This document shows, in pieces, positions 51,490 to 64,000 of a stretch of 64,000 bases of DNA. A program made the position numbers and the translations under genes. Numbering within the stretch: position 1 is the first letter of the stretch; every line of letters begins with the position of its first letter. The notes below the pieces were generated by a model. It was not told the DNA's origin. It worked only from the letters and a program-made list of their open reading frames with translations, and did no database searches. The DNA comes from the human T2T-CHM13v2.0 reference genome, Homo sapiens: assembly GCF_009914755.1 (NCBI RefSeq), contig NC_060936.1. One strand, written 5' to 3'.

Positions 51490-53386
51490 TTTTTTTAAAT
51501 TTTTAATTAAAAAAACTTTTATTTAAGTTTGGGGGTACACTTGAAGGTTTGTTATATAGGTAAACTCATGTCACAGGGGCTTGCTGTACAGAGTATTTTG
51601 TCACCCAGGTACTAAGCCTAGTGCCCAATAGTGATTTTTCCTGATCCTTTCCCTCCTCCTGCCCTGCTCCCTCAAGTAGGCCCCAGTGTCTGTTGTTTCT
51701 CTCTTTGTGTTCTTGTGTTCTCATCATTTAGCTCCCACTTATAAGTGAGAACGTGCAGTATTTGGTTTTCTGTTCTTGTGTGCTAAGGATAATGGCCTCC
51801 AGCTCCATCCATGTTTCTGCATATGACATGGTCTTGTTTTCTTATGGCTTCATAGTATTCCATGGAATATATGTGCCGCATTTTCTTTATCCAATCTACC
51901 AATGATGGGCATTTAGGCTGATTCAGTGTCTTTGCTATTGTGAATAGTGCTGCAGTGAACATTAGTGTGCATGTGTCTTTATGGTGGAATGATTTATATT
52001 CCTTTGGTATATCAGTAGTGAAACTGCTGGGTGTAATGGTAGTTCCACTTTTAGCTCTTTAAGGCATTGCCACACTGCTTTCCACAATGGTTAAACTCTT
52101 TTACACTCTCACCAACAGTGTATAAGCATTCCTTTTTTTCTGAAACCTTGCCAGCATGTTATATTTTAACTTTTAAATAATGTCCTTTCTGACTCATGTG
52201 AGGTGGTATCTCATTGTGGTTTTGATTTGCATTTCTCTAATGATCAGCACTATTGACCTTTTTTTCATGCTTGTTGACCACATACATGTCTTCTTTTGAA
52301 AAGTGTCTGTTCATATCCTTTGCCCACTTTTTAATGTGGTTGTTTGTTTTTTTCTTGTACATTTGTTTAAGTTTCTTACAGGTGCTGGCTATTGGGCCTT
52401 TGTCAGATGCATAGTTTGCAAATATTTTCTCCCACTCTGTAGGTTATCTGTTTACTCTGTTGATAGTTTCTTTTGCTGTGCAGAAGCTCTTAAGTTTAAT
52501 TAGATCTCATTTGTCAGTTTTTGCTTTTGTTGTGATTGCATTTGGCATCTTCATCATGAAATTTTTGGCAGTTTCTATGTCCAGAATGGTATTGCCTACG
52601 TTGTCTTGCAGGGTTTTTATAGTTTTGGGTTTTACACTTAATTTTATATCCAGCTAAACTAAGCTTCTTCAGTGAAGGAGAAATAAGATCTTTTTCAGAG
52701 AAGCAAATGCTGAGGAAGTTTTTTTACCTCCAGACCTGCCTTATAAGAGATCCTGAAAGGAGCACTAAATATGGAAAGGAAAGACCATTACCAGCTGATG
52801 CAAAAACACATTTAAGTACACAGACTAGTGACACTACAGGGCAACCACACAAACAAGTTGGCATAATAAGCAGTTAACAACACAATGACAGGATCAAATC
52901 CACACATGTCAACACTAACCTTGAATGTAAACAGGCTAAATTTCCCATTTAAAAGGCACAGAATGGCAAGCTGGATAAAGAAACAAGACTCAATGGTATG
53001 CTTTCTTCAAGAGACCCATCTAACATGCAACGACATGCATAGGCTCAAAATAAAGGGATGGAGGAAAACCTACCAAGCAAATGGAAATCGGAAAAAAGCA
53101 GGGGTTGCAATCCTATTTTTAGACAAAACAAACTTTAAACCAACAAAGATCAAAAAAGACAAAGAAAGGCATTACATAATGGCAAAGGGCTCAATTCAAT
53201 AAGACCTAACTATTCCAAATATATATGCACCCAACCCAGGAGCACCCAGATTCATAAAGCAAGTCCTTAGAGACCTACAAAGAGACTTAGACTCCCACAC
53301 AATAGTAGGGTAAGACTTCAGCACTTCATTGCCAGTATTAGACAGATAATCGAAGTAGAAAATTAACAAAGATATTTAGGACCTGA
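51490..53386 (-). mobile_element. Older L1PA (PA13-16-like) with 5' inversion: 3' part on - (51490-52638), ORF1 end and ORF2 start on + (52640-53386)
   Basis: L1PA 3'UTR; ORF 52885-53202(+) is the endonuclease N-terminus MTGSNPHMSTLTLNVN; flanks AAAATCTTTA / AAAATGTTTA. Confidence 0.88.
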
Positions 53387-53396
53387 AAATGTTTAA

Positions 53397-53605
53397 CTTT
53401 TAATTTTTGGGAGTACATAGTATATATATATATTTATTTATTTATTTATGGGGTATATGGGATATTTTTATGTAGGCATACAATGTGTGATAATCACATC
53501 AGGGTAAATGGGGTATCCATCACCTCATGCATTTATCCTTTGTGTTAGAAACAATCCAATTATACCCTTTTAGGTATTTTTAAATGTATAATTAAATTAT
53601 TATTG
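53397..53605 (-). mobile_element. Short L1MA (MA1-3-like) 3' end
   Basis: GGCATACAATGTGTGATAATCACATCAGGGTAAATGGGGTATCCATCACCTCA. Confidence 0.85.
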
Positions 53606-53964
53606 AAATTTTGATGGTGATTGCATTAAGTCTGTAGATGGCTGTGGGTAGTATGAATATTTGAACAATATTAATTCTTTTAATCCGTGAACATAGGATA
53701 TCTTTCTGTTTATTTGTTTCTTCAATATTTTAAATCAATGTTTTATAGTTTTCAGGGTACAGATCTTTCACCTCCATTGTTAAATTTATTTCTAAGTATT
53801 TTATTTGTTATTGTAAATGGAATAGTTTTCTTGCTTTCTTTTTTGAGTGGTTCATTATTAGTGTATAGAAATGTAACTGAGTTTCGTATGTTGATTTTGT
53901 ATCCACCCACTTTACTGAATTTATTAGTTTTAACAGGTTTTTGGTGGCATCTTTAGGGTTTTCT

Positions 53965-54264
<300 letters not shown>

Positions 54265-55964
54265 GGGTCTTCTATATATAGGATTATTTCATCTGCAAAC
54301 AGGGACAGTTAAACTTCTGCCTTTCCAATTTGGGTGTATTTTATTTTTCATCTTTTTGCCTAATTGCTCTGACTGGGACTTTTAGTACAATATTGAATAG
54401 AAGTAGTGAGAGTAGGCACCCTTGTCTTGTTTCAGATCTTAGAAAGAACTTTTCACTTTTGAGTTTGATTTTAGCTGTAAGCTTGTCATATATGGCCTTT
54501 ATTGTGTTGAGGCACATTCCTACTATACCTAATTTGTTGAGAGGTTTTATCATGAAAGGATGTTGAATTTTGTTCCATGCCTTTTCTACTTCTATTGAGA
54601 TGATCATATGGTTCTTGTCCTTCATTCTGTTAATGTGGTATATCATATTATTGTTTTGGTTATGTTGAACCATCCTCGCACCTCAAAATCTCACTTGGTC
54701 ATGATGAATCATTCTTTTAATGTGTTGTTGAATTTAGTTTTCTAATATTTTGTTTAGAATTTGTATATCTATATTCATCAGGGATATTGGCCTATAGTTT
54801 CTTTTCTTGTAATGTCTTGTCTGGCTTTGGTATCAGAGTAATGCTGGCCTCATAAATATGTTTAAATGTATTCCCATCTCTTCAATTCTTTGGAAGAGTT
54901 TGAGAAGGATTGTTATTAGTACTTCTTTAAAAGGTTGGTAGAATTCAGTAGTGAAGCAATTAGATCCTGGGATTTTATTTGATGGGAGACATTTTATTAC
55001 TTATTCAATGTCCTTCCTTGTGATTGGTCTCTTCACATTTTCTTTTACCTCATGATTGAGTCTTAGTATGATGTATGTGTCTAGGAATTTATTCATTTCT
55101 TCTAGGTCATCCAATTTTTTGGCATATAACTGTTCATAGTAGACTCATGATCATTTGTATTTGAGTGCTATTTGTGTAATACCTCCTTTTTCATTTCTGA
55201 TTTTGTTGTCTTTTTTTTTTCCCTGATCTACCTAAGGGTTTGTTGATCTTGTTTTACCTTTTTAAAAAACCAACTTGGTTTCATTGAACTTTTCTTTTTT
55301 GTCTAGTCTCTATTTATTTCTGCTCTGATTTTTATTATTTTCTTCTTCCTGCTATCTTTTTGCCTAGTTTGTTTGTTTTCTAGTTCCTTGAGATGTAACG
55401 TTAGGCTGTTTATTTGAGATCTTTCTTCTTTTTTGATGGAGGCAGTTATTGCTAAGAACTTTCCTTTTAGAAGTGATTTTGCTGCATCCGATAAGTGTCA
55501 GGATGTTGTGTTTCTATTTTTGTGTATTTCGAGATATTTTTAAATTTTTCTTTTAATTTCTTCTTTGACCTTTTGGTTGTTTAAGAGCATGTGTTTAACT
55601 TCTTCACATGTGTGAATTTTCTGAAGTTCCTCCTATTATTGATTTTTGGTTTCATATTATAGTGGTTGGAAAAGATGCCTGATACAATTTCAGTTTTCTT
55701 AAATTTGTTAAGTTGTGTTTTGTAGCCTAACATATGATCTGTCCTGGAGAATGTTCCGCTTGTGCTTGAAGAGAATATGTATTCTGCTGCTGTTGGATAG
55801 AATGTTTTGTACATGTCTGTTAGGTCTGTTTGGTATGAAGTGTAGTTCAAGTCCGGTGTTTCCTTATTGACTTTCTGTCTGGATTATCTGTCCACTATTG
55901 AAAGTGAAAATATTGAAACTCTTTGTTATTATTCTATTATAGTCTATCTCTCCCTTCATTTGTA

Positions 55965-56632
55965 TCAATATTTGCTTTATATATATATATATATATATAT
56001 CTCAATATTTGCTATATATATATATTTAGGTCCTCTGGTTTTGGTCATATATATAAATATATATAAATATATATAAATATATATATAAATATATATAAAT
56101 ATATATATAAATATATATAAATATATATAAATATATATTTAGCTATATTTATATCAGATAAAATGGATTAAAAGTCAAAAACTGTAAAATGAGACAAAGA
56201 AGGCCATTATATAACGATAAAGCAGTCAATTCTTCAAGAACATATAACTACTGTAAATATATATATTATATATATATAAAACCAAAACCAGAAGACCTAA
56301 TTATATATATATATTTAGGTCCTCTGGTTTTGGTTTTTTATATATATATATATATATTTAGGTCTTCTGGTTTTGGTTTTATATATATATTTATATAAAT
56401 ATAAATATATAAATATATATAATTATATATATATTTAGGTCCTCTGGTTTTGGTTATATGTATATATATATATTTAGGTCCTCTGGTTTTGGTTTTATAT
56501 GTATATTATATATATTTACAGTAGTTATATGCTCTTGAAGAATTGACTGCTTTATCGTTATATAATGGCCTTCTTTGTCTCATTTTACAGTTTTTGACTT
56601 TTAATCCATTTTATCTGATATAAATATAGCTA
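55965..56632. repeat. AT-rich complex repeat with a 126-bp inverted duplication and six copies of a 19-bp motif
   Basis: 56140-56265 is the reverse complement of 56507-56632 with 1 mismatch; TTAGGTCYTCTGGTTTTGG occurs 5 times forward and once reversed. Confidence 0.95.
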
Positions 56633-57314
56633 CACATACTCTCTTGGTTTCTATTTACATGGAATATCTTTTTCCATGCTTTTATTCTTAATTTATATGT
56701 GTCCTTATAGGTGAAGTAAGTCTCTTGTAGGCAGAATATAGTTGGGTCTTGTGTTTTTATTCATTTAGCCAATCTGTCTTTTGATTGGAGAAGTTGGTTC
56801 ATTTACATTCAAGGTAATTATTGATAGGTTTGGCCTCATTAGTGGCATTAAAAATTATTTTCTGGTTGTTTTGTAGATTCATTTTTTCCTTTCTCTTTTA
56901 TGACTTTCCTTTGTAAGTGGATCATTTTCTCTAGTGGTATTTTTGATTTCTCACTCTCTATCTTTTGTATATCTACTGTAGCTTTTTGTTTTATGACTAC
57001 TATGAGACTTATATAAAACATATTATAGTCATAATAGGCTATTTTAAGGCTGATAACAAGTTAACTTTGATTGTATTACAAAATCCTACACTTTTGCCTC
57101 ACCCATCTCTCTCACATTTTATACTTTTGCTGTTACAGTTTACATCTTTTTTTTTGTATATCCCTCAGCAAATTATTGTAGCTATTATTTTTAATAGTTT
57201 TGTCTTTTAACTTTCATACTAAAAATTTAAAGGATTTCTACACCATCATTACATTATAAAAGTATCCTGAATTTGAGGATGTAATTACTTTTATCTGTGA
57301 GTTTCATACTGTAA

Positions 57315-57619
<305 letters not shown>

Positions 57620-60079
57620 TCTAGTGTTTTTATGTTACTATTTTTTGTCTGTTTTTTAAGTTTAAAGTATTTCCTTTAACATTTCTTTTAAGAGGGTCTG
57701 GTGATGTTGAACTCACTTAGCTTTTGCTTATCTAGGAAAGTGTTTATCTCTTCTTTACTTCTGATGGACAGATTTCCTGGGCATTCTTGGTTGGCAGTCC
57801 CGTCCTCCCCCTGCACTTATATCACCCCACTCTTTCCTGGCCTGTAAGGTTCCTGCTGAGAAGTATACTGCTAGCCTTATTTGAACTCCCTTAAATGTGA
57901 TTGCTTCTTTCCTCTGGCTGTTTTCAGAATTCTCTCTGTCTTTAATTTTTGACAGTTTGATTATAGTATGTCTTGCTGTAGTCTTACTTGGATTGAATCT
58001 GATTGATGATATTTATTACCTTCCTATACCTGGATATTTGTATCTTTCCCTAGATTTGGAAAGATTTCTGCTATTATTTCTTTAAATAAGCTTTCTGGCT
58101 CTTTGTCTCTTTATTCTCCCCCAAATCCTATAGCATGAATATTTGCTCTTCTGATGCTATCTGATAAATCCCTTAAGGTTTTATTCCTTTTCATTCTTTT
58201 TCTTTTATTCTCTCTGACTGTATTTTTTAAGATAACTTGTCTTTGAGTTCATAGATTCTTTCTTCTGCTTAATCAGTTCTTTTTACTTCTCTATGGGTTT
58301 TAAATTTCATTCCTTGTATTTTTTGGCTCCCTAATTTCTTTTTTAAATATAATTTTAATCTTTGTTAAAGTTCTTGTTTTGGTCTTACAGTGTTTTCCTA
58401 ATCTTATGGAATTATTTCTCTATATTGTATTGAAGTTTGCTGAGCTTTCCTAAAACAATTGTTTTGAATTCTTTGTCAGGCAGTTTGCATATCTCCATTT
58501 CTTTAGGGTCACCTACTGGGAAATTATTGTGTTCTCTTGGTAGTGGTATGTCTCCCTGGTTTTTTATGTTTCTTGTTGCCTTATGTTAATCTTTGCACAT
58601 TTGGTGGAACAGTCACCTCTTCTAGATTTTATGGGCTAGCTTTGCTGTGGAAAGTCCTTCTTTTATTGGGGGCTTCCAGGGAACTTGCTGGGTGGGGGAT
58701 GTAGCAATTCTAGCACCAGTGAAGGTGCAGCTGTGTATGTCTCTGCAGCTCTGTCAGCTGAGGTCATTGTTGATGGAGATTGCAGTGATACTCAGCAGCT
58801 GATACCACAGTGGCAGTGAGGGTTTCTGGGTTTTCTGTGTCCATAGTGGCAGTGGCAGTGAGGATTGTCCACAGTGGCAGTGAGGGTTTCTGAGTTTTCT
58901 ATGATAATGGCAGCTAAGGGCCTCCTGATTTCTTTTTCTTTCACTGAGGAAGTTGTGGCTGAGGGGATTTCTTTTGGCACTGGATTTGGCTTGCAGGCCC
59001 ACTCGCAGTTTGGTGTGGCACTAGTGTCTGATGAGTGGTGCCCATGGAGCAGCCATGGAGCTGAGGCCTGAAGCACAGGCACAAAAGGAAGGAATATGGC
59101 TCTGGGCTCTGGGGTGTAATGGCACTAGTGTCCAGTGTGCAGGCACTCTCACTGCCACACTGATAACAGTATGTAAAGCTCAGATTCTTGTAAAGTAGCC
59201 GGGGAGTCAAAAACTAGAGCACAAATGTGTGTAGTTACAGTGGTTTTGGAGTCAGAGCAGGGCCTAGCTCACTGTGGTGGCTGAGCTGGTGCCTGGAGTG
59301 CAGCCATGCACAGCAAGAGCTTAACTCTAGGTTCTGGAGTACAAATTAGCTTGCTAGTAAGCTCTAGTGTCTGAAATGCTCCAGTGTCTGAAATGTGGAC
59401 AAACCCAGTGCAGCCACAGGACCCAGGTCTAGAGTGTGAGGACTCAAGAGGTGTCCAGAGTTGAGGCACTTAGGGGATTTGGAGAGTTGGTGGCTTCTTT
59501 CCCAAAGCAGCTCAACAGTGGCCACTTCTTGGGTTGGTGAGGTGTGTGTAGCTGTGTCTTCCTCTCTGGGGTTCCCTGTGAAGAATAATGGTTTGTTATT
59601 TCAGTGGCAAAAGATATTGTTGTCATCTGCAGAGCAGGCTGCTGAGGACCATGGTGGTTTTCACCACATGGCTGATTCAGACAACCTCTGCTATTCTTCT
59701 TTGTTCTGGGCAATATCCTGGCATCTCAGGTATACTGATCTTACCAGTTATTTATTTTCTGTGTGTATATTTTTTTTTTGCTCCACTGTATTGTTGCAAA
59801 ATCTTAAATAGGATCTTGGGGACTCTCTGGGGTTATTTTGTTTGGAGATAGCTGTCTATGTTTATTTTGGGGGTGCTAAAGGGAGAAAGCTGATATCTCC
59901 TACTCTGCCATTGTGGTTACATCCCTATTATTCATTTATTCTTTTAAACACCAATTCAACACTTGCTCTAATGGACTGGGCATTGAGTATATATGGTACA
60001 GCATAGACTCAGGCCCTTCCTTAATTAAGTGAGTTTTTAAAATAAGTTTACAAACAGGAGTACGACATTATTGGCACTA

Positions 60080-60970
60080 GCAAATCTAATCATGTAACCC
60101 CTCTGCCCAGAGTTTTTCCAAGGGCTTCTAATTGACTATGGGATGAAATATCACTCCCTTTGCATGCAATCAAAGGCTTTCATGACCTAGACCTTTCTCT
60201 GTCTATGTTCAATTTCTCTACTTCCCACCCCCATCTTTAGCAATTGGTATTTTAGAAAACGCTAAACTAATTCCCCAGAATGCATTGTGCTGTTATTGTT
60301 GTTTCGTGCCCCTACATATGGGGTGTCCTCCCTTGGAATATCCTTTTTTTCCCCATAAGATAGACATGGGGTTTCTTTCTACTAGAATTATATGCCCCTT
60401 GTAAAACAGCTCTCTTATGATTACTTACCAGTCTCTATTGTCTTTATAATTTTTTTGAGGGTGGGACTGTATGGTTGCCTCTTGTTTTACCCTTGGCCTC
60501 TAGTATAGTTTTAAACACATCCATTAAGTCAATATCTACTGCCTTAGGGACAGGAGATACAGTGGCAAACAGACAGGGCTCCTGCTATTAAGGAGTTACT
60601 AAACAAGGAAACAAATAAATGGGATGATATTTGATAGGAGCTATGCAGGAAATAGAAAGGATCTATTTAACCCTTTGATATTGTTGATCCCATGATAGGG
60701 AATGATGGTGGTAGGTGGAGGGAGACGCTCATTTAAATAGGCATTTCAGGGAAAGCCTACTGAGGAGGTGATATCTGAGCCAAGGTCGAAAGTATGAGAA
60801 TACAACCACACAAAGAGCTTGGGGGAGTGTTCAAAGCAGAAGAGAAAGCAAGTATTTGATATGTTACGGCAACCAAGAGAAGACCAGTGTGGTTGAAGCA
60901 CAAGGGGAAGAGTGGTTTGAGATGTGTTTGGAGAGGTAGGCAGGAGTTGGATCATGCAGGTTTTTGTCCA
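60080..60970. mobile_element. Two L2 relics in opposite orientation (about 60080-60520 on +, 60520-60970 on -)
   Basis: CAAATCTAATCATGT...CAAAGGCTTTCATGACCT on +; GGGAAAGCCTACTGAGGAGGTGATATCTGAGC on -. Confidence 0.7.
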
Positions 60971-61504
60971 CCTTCAAATATTTCTTGAACTGAATGTGTC
61001 AAGCCTGAAATCAAATTCTGCATATTTTGTCCTTATCCTCCAGCATATCCTTAGGCTTCATTTCTCTCCAGCCATGTTCCCACTGGGCCCACTGCAATAA
61101 GAGTAAGAGTGTCATACATTTCTCTCCAGTTTTATTAGTGGGATTTTACCAGATCTGGAAATATTAAAGGAAGGAAATTGTTTTCAGTGTTTGGTCTTAT
61201 GAGTAGGCCTTTAACAACAGCTATATCATAATGAATTCAGGATGATGTGAATGATGATTGCAGAGGAACTGGATATGCACAGTTCATACAGACCTCTAAG
61301 TAAAGCTTAGAGCTTGTTTCATTTGCTTCTGGTTTTTATCTCAGTATGATCCAGCAACCTAAAATAATGAAAGAAGAGCTCCATTTCCAGTGACCAGTTC
61401 AGTCCCTGCACTAGCAGAAAGTTAGTGTAGAATCCAATGCAAAGATCACATGTAAATTCTAGAAATTTTACTACATTTTTTTTTCAGAGATGACAATTGA
61501 ATTG

Positions 61505-61553
61505 CCTGCTTTCCTTCCTTCCTTCTTTCTTTGTTCCTTCCTTCCTTCTTTCC
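61505..61553. repeat. (CCTT)n-like pyrimidine repeat
   Basis: Direct inspection. Confidence 0.85.
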
Positions 61554-64000
61554 TGAGCACTGAAGGATGTAAGTGCTGGTTTGAAGAATCTAAAAGGCTT
61601 CAGGGTAACAGTGAAGTGGACGACACATTCTTCTTCCAGCTGCTGCTGTTCACAACACTTCTGACAGTTAAAATACATCACACATTCTCTTGTCCTTTTA
61701 ATGTAAACATTTACTGTTTTAAGTGGACTATAGAATCAAACCAAAATAGAAGGATGCAGACTGATATTTCAGAGGTGAAGCTAAGCACTAGACTAAATTA
61801 AATAAGAGTAATTTGCAATCTAACACATAGTTATAATACATATTGTACATTATACTCTGTTTGTCCCTGGGAAAGATTAAACAGAGGGCTTTCATTGCTT
61901 GTTGTATTTTTACAGCCTGTTACTAGAAAAGAATTTCATATAGAACAGGCAAAATTTTGAATTGGAATTAAGTTAAAAATAAATGGAAAAAGTAGTAAGG
62001 TCAGGGTAGCCTCCTTGGTGTTGATTTTCTCCTATGCTTAAGCATCATCTGAAAGTCAAGAAAATGATCGCATCTCTAGTTTTTGTTGTTTGTTAATTTC
62101 CTCAGGAAAAACTTGACCTCCTTCTTTCTTATTACGTTGGCATCTGTCTTAAGCCTTTGCCTTCAATTCTTATAGCTTCTTTCAAATTGTATTAAATTTG
62201 AAGACTAAGAACCTTCAAAATGACTCACATTTGAATCCTGGACCTACTCCTAAGCTGACCTGTTCTAGTTTTTAAAAATGGATGTGAAATTTTGCTTAGA
62301 ATCCTAGAAGTTAAAAATGTGACATCCTACAGAATGCCACTTCATACAGGCAAGTCTGGTGCCCTTAAAGTTAGTTTTACCCTGAGAGGAAAACTTAGAA
62401 ATGAATACAAGTTCAAGTTTGCTCAATTTCTTGTTTTGCTTAAAATTTGCCTACATAACACATAAATTCATCAAACTCCTTTCCTAGTGACAATACTTCA
62501 TTAGATTACTTTAGTGAGTATTCGGGAGATTTTCATCTTATGAGTCATAAAATTCTTTTATTCCCCAAAGAATTTCCGGTGTCTGATTGGAATTTCACGT
62601 CTTTGTAGTTTTAGCTGGACTCTTTGAAGCAGTTACTTCCTAAATGACTGTATTCCTGAGGCCTGCATGTAATACCTGGGGAGCTGGGTCACAGGTTGAC
62701 TCCTGTTTTTCAAGAAAATTGAAAAATCAATCTCTTTCATTGCTTTAGTCTTAGTAATTTTATTCAGAAATTTTCTTAAACTTTTTAACCTCCTCCTGTC
62801 ATGACAGAGAGGTTTTCACTTGCTGCCTATACAGTTTCCAGCATTAATTTTTTTGTGCCTACTTAGGCCCGTTTCTGTCTATTTCTGTGAATACATCCCA
62901 GCGATTTAATGTTAGTATGTTTCTTGCCTTTCCTGTCAGGTTTTCATCACTCGTTTGGTATAAAGGAAAAGGGGATAGAATTACAAATATACTGGACCAT
63001 GTAGCTATCGATGAGAAATGTCTTCAGATATCCTTTTACTTTTTTCTTCTTCTTCTTTTTTTAAAGTTCTTTTTGAAGGAGGTGAAAGTCAGGTTATAGT
63101 GGAAAGCCAGAACCATTGTGTGTTCCTATTTGAAAAATCCTGGGAAGTGAACATGATACTTTTTGACATGCGAGTTTCAGAAATTCTTAGTGATTATTAT
63201 AATACACACTCCGCTTATGTGCAGAGCTTCATCTGCATGCACAAGTCTTTGTGTGTTTTAAAAGATAATGCCTAACTCTTCTGTTTATAAATGGCAGTAG
63301 CTGAGTATGCACAGAAGAGACTGAAGTCTAAGTCTGGATGTGCTATTTGGCTACATTCAAACAGCATGGGACAAACACAAAATGTAAGGCTAGTAGAATA
63401 TTGACACTAACAAATTATTCGGAAGTTGGTTATTAGGAAATCTTTCACTGGACTTCAGTATCTTTGGTTTCTTTAAGAACAAATCTAAAATTTTACCCCA
63501 AAAGCTAGGTAGTTATATATTATTTGTATTATGGCTCCTTCAACACATAACTTTTTTAAACTTTTAAATCAATAAAAGAAGGGATTCTGTCTATAAAACA
63601 CAAAGGAATACACCAAGTTAATGTTTTAGTTGATTAGTATATTATTTTGAGAGTAGAAAAAATCAATGCAAAATTACTTGCTATTCACATATATGCAGAA
63701 AATGTAAGTCCTTGGAATGTAGCACACATTATCATTACATAATCTATATCCATATGCTGTTTATAACAAGCTGAAATGTTATACCCTTGAGAAAAGAACC
63801 AGATTCTGGCACAGGACTGTTTTGTGGCAAGGAAAGATGAATGGATTCCAAAATTTTAAAAGGGGGGAAAAGCTTGATGGTTCCACAAAAAATAAGAGTT
63901 GAAATGGGGATTTAGAGATATATATGTTAACACAAGCTGACAATTAAAGCAATTAATTTCCTTCTTTATCTATATCCCCTCCTAGCTCTTCTAATCCTGA

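Noticed and set aside
56026-56492. CRISPR-like repeat-spacer appearance
   Set aside because: The repeat is L1-derived, the spacers are low-complexity TA runs, the DNA is primate and there are no cas genes.

Overview
Primate, almost certainly human, genomic DNA. The window opens with a 29-nt coding micro-exon (18-46). Its translation, (K)SETKFDSGS(G), matches the conserved methionine sulfoxide reductase B segment [21 protein letters not shown], identifying MSRB3 on the + strand. The rest is one long intron; I did not find the next exon (GWPSF...). The intron is dominated by interspersed repeats: about 17 Alus or Alu fragments plus one FAM, a full-length but inactivated L1PA7-like element, two deeply nested L1M stacks with twin-priming inversions, MaLR LTRs (MLT1, MST, THE1), three Tigger3 MITEs, a MADE1, L2/MIR relics and a full-length processed KRT18 pseudogene. 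Almost all ORFs in the supplied track come from repeats or are chance ORFs. I see no convincing new multi-gene system. The best second-look items are: (i) a young AT-rich complex rearrangement with a 126-bp near-perfect inverted repeat at about 56 kb; (ii) an open ORF0-like frame with a strong Kozak context in the L1 antisense-promoter region, pointing in the MSRB3 sense direction; (iii) a perfect 67-bp tandem duplication; (iv) a frame-preserving 81-nt candidate cryptic exon; (v) a tail-less Alu replacing about 150 bp of L1. Repeat subfamily names are from recalled consensus sequences and need RepeatMasker/Dfam confirmation; boundaries of old repeats are approximate.
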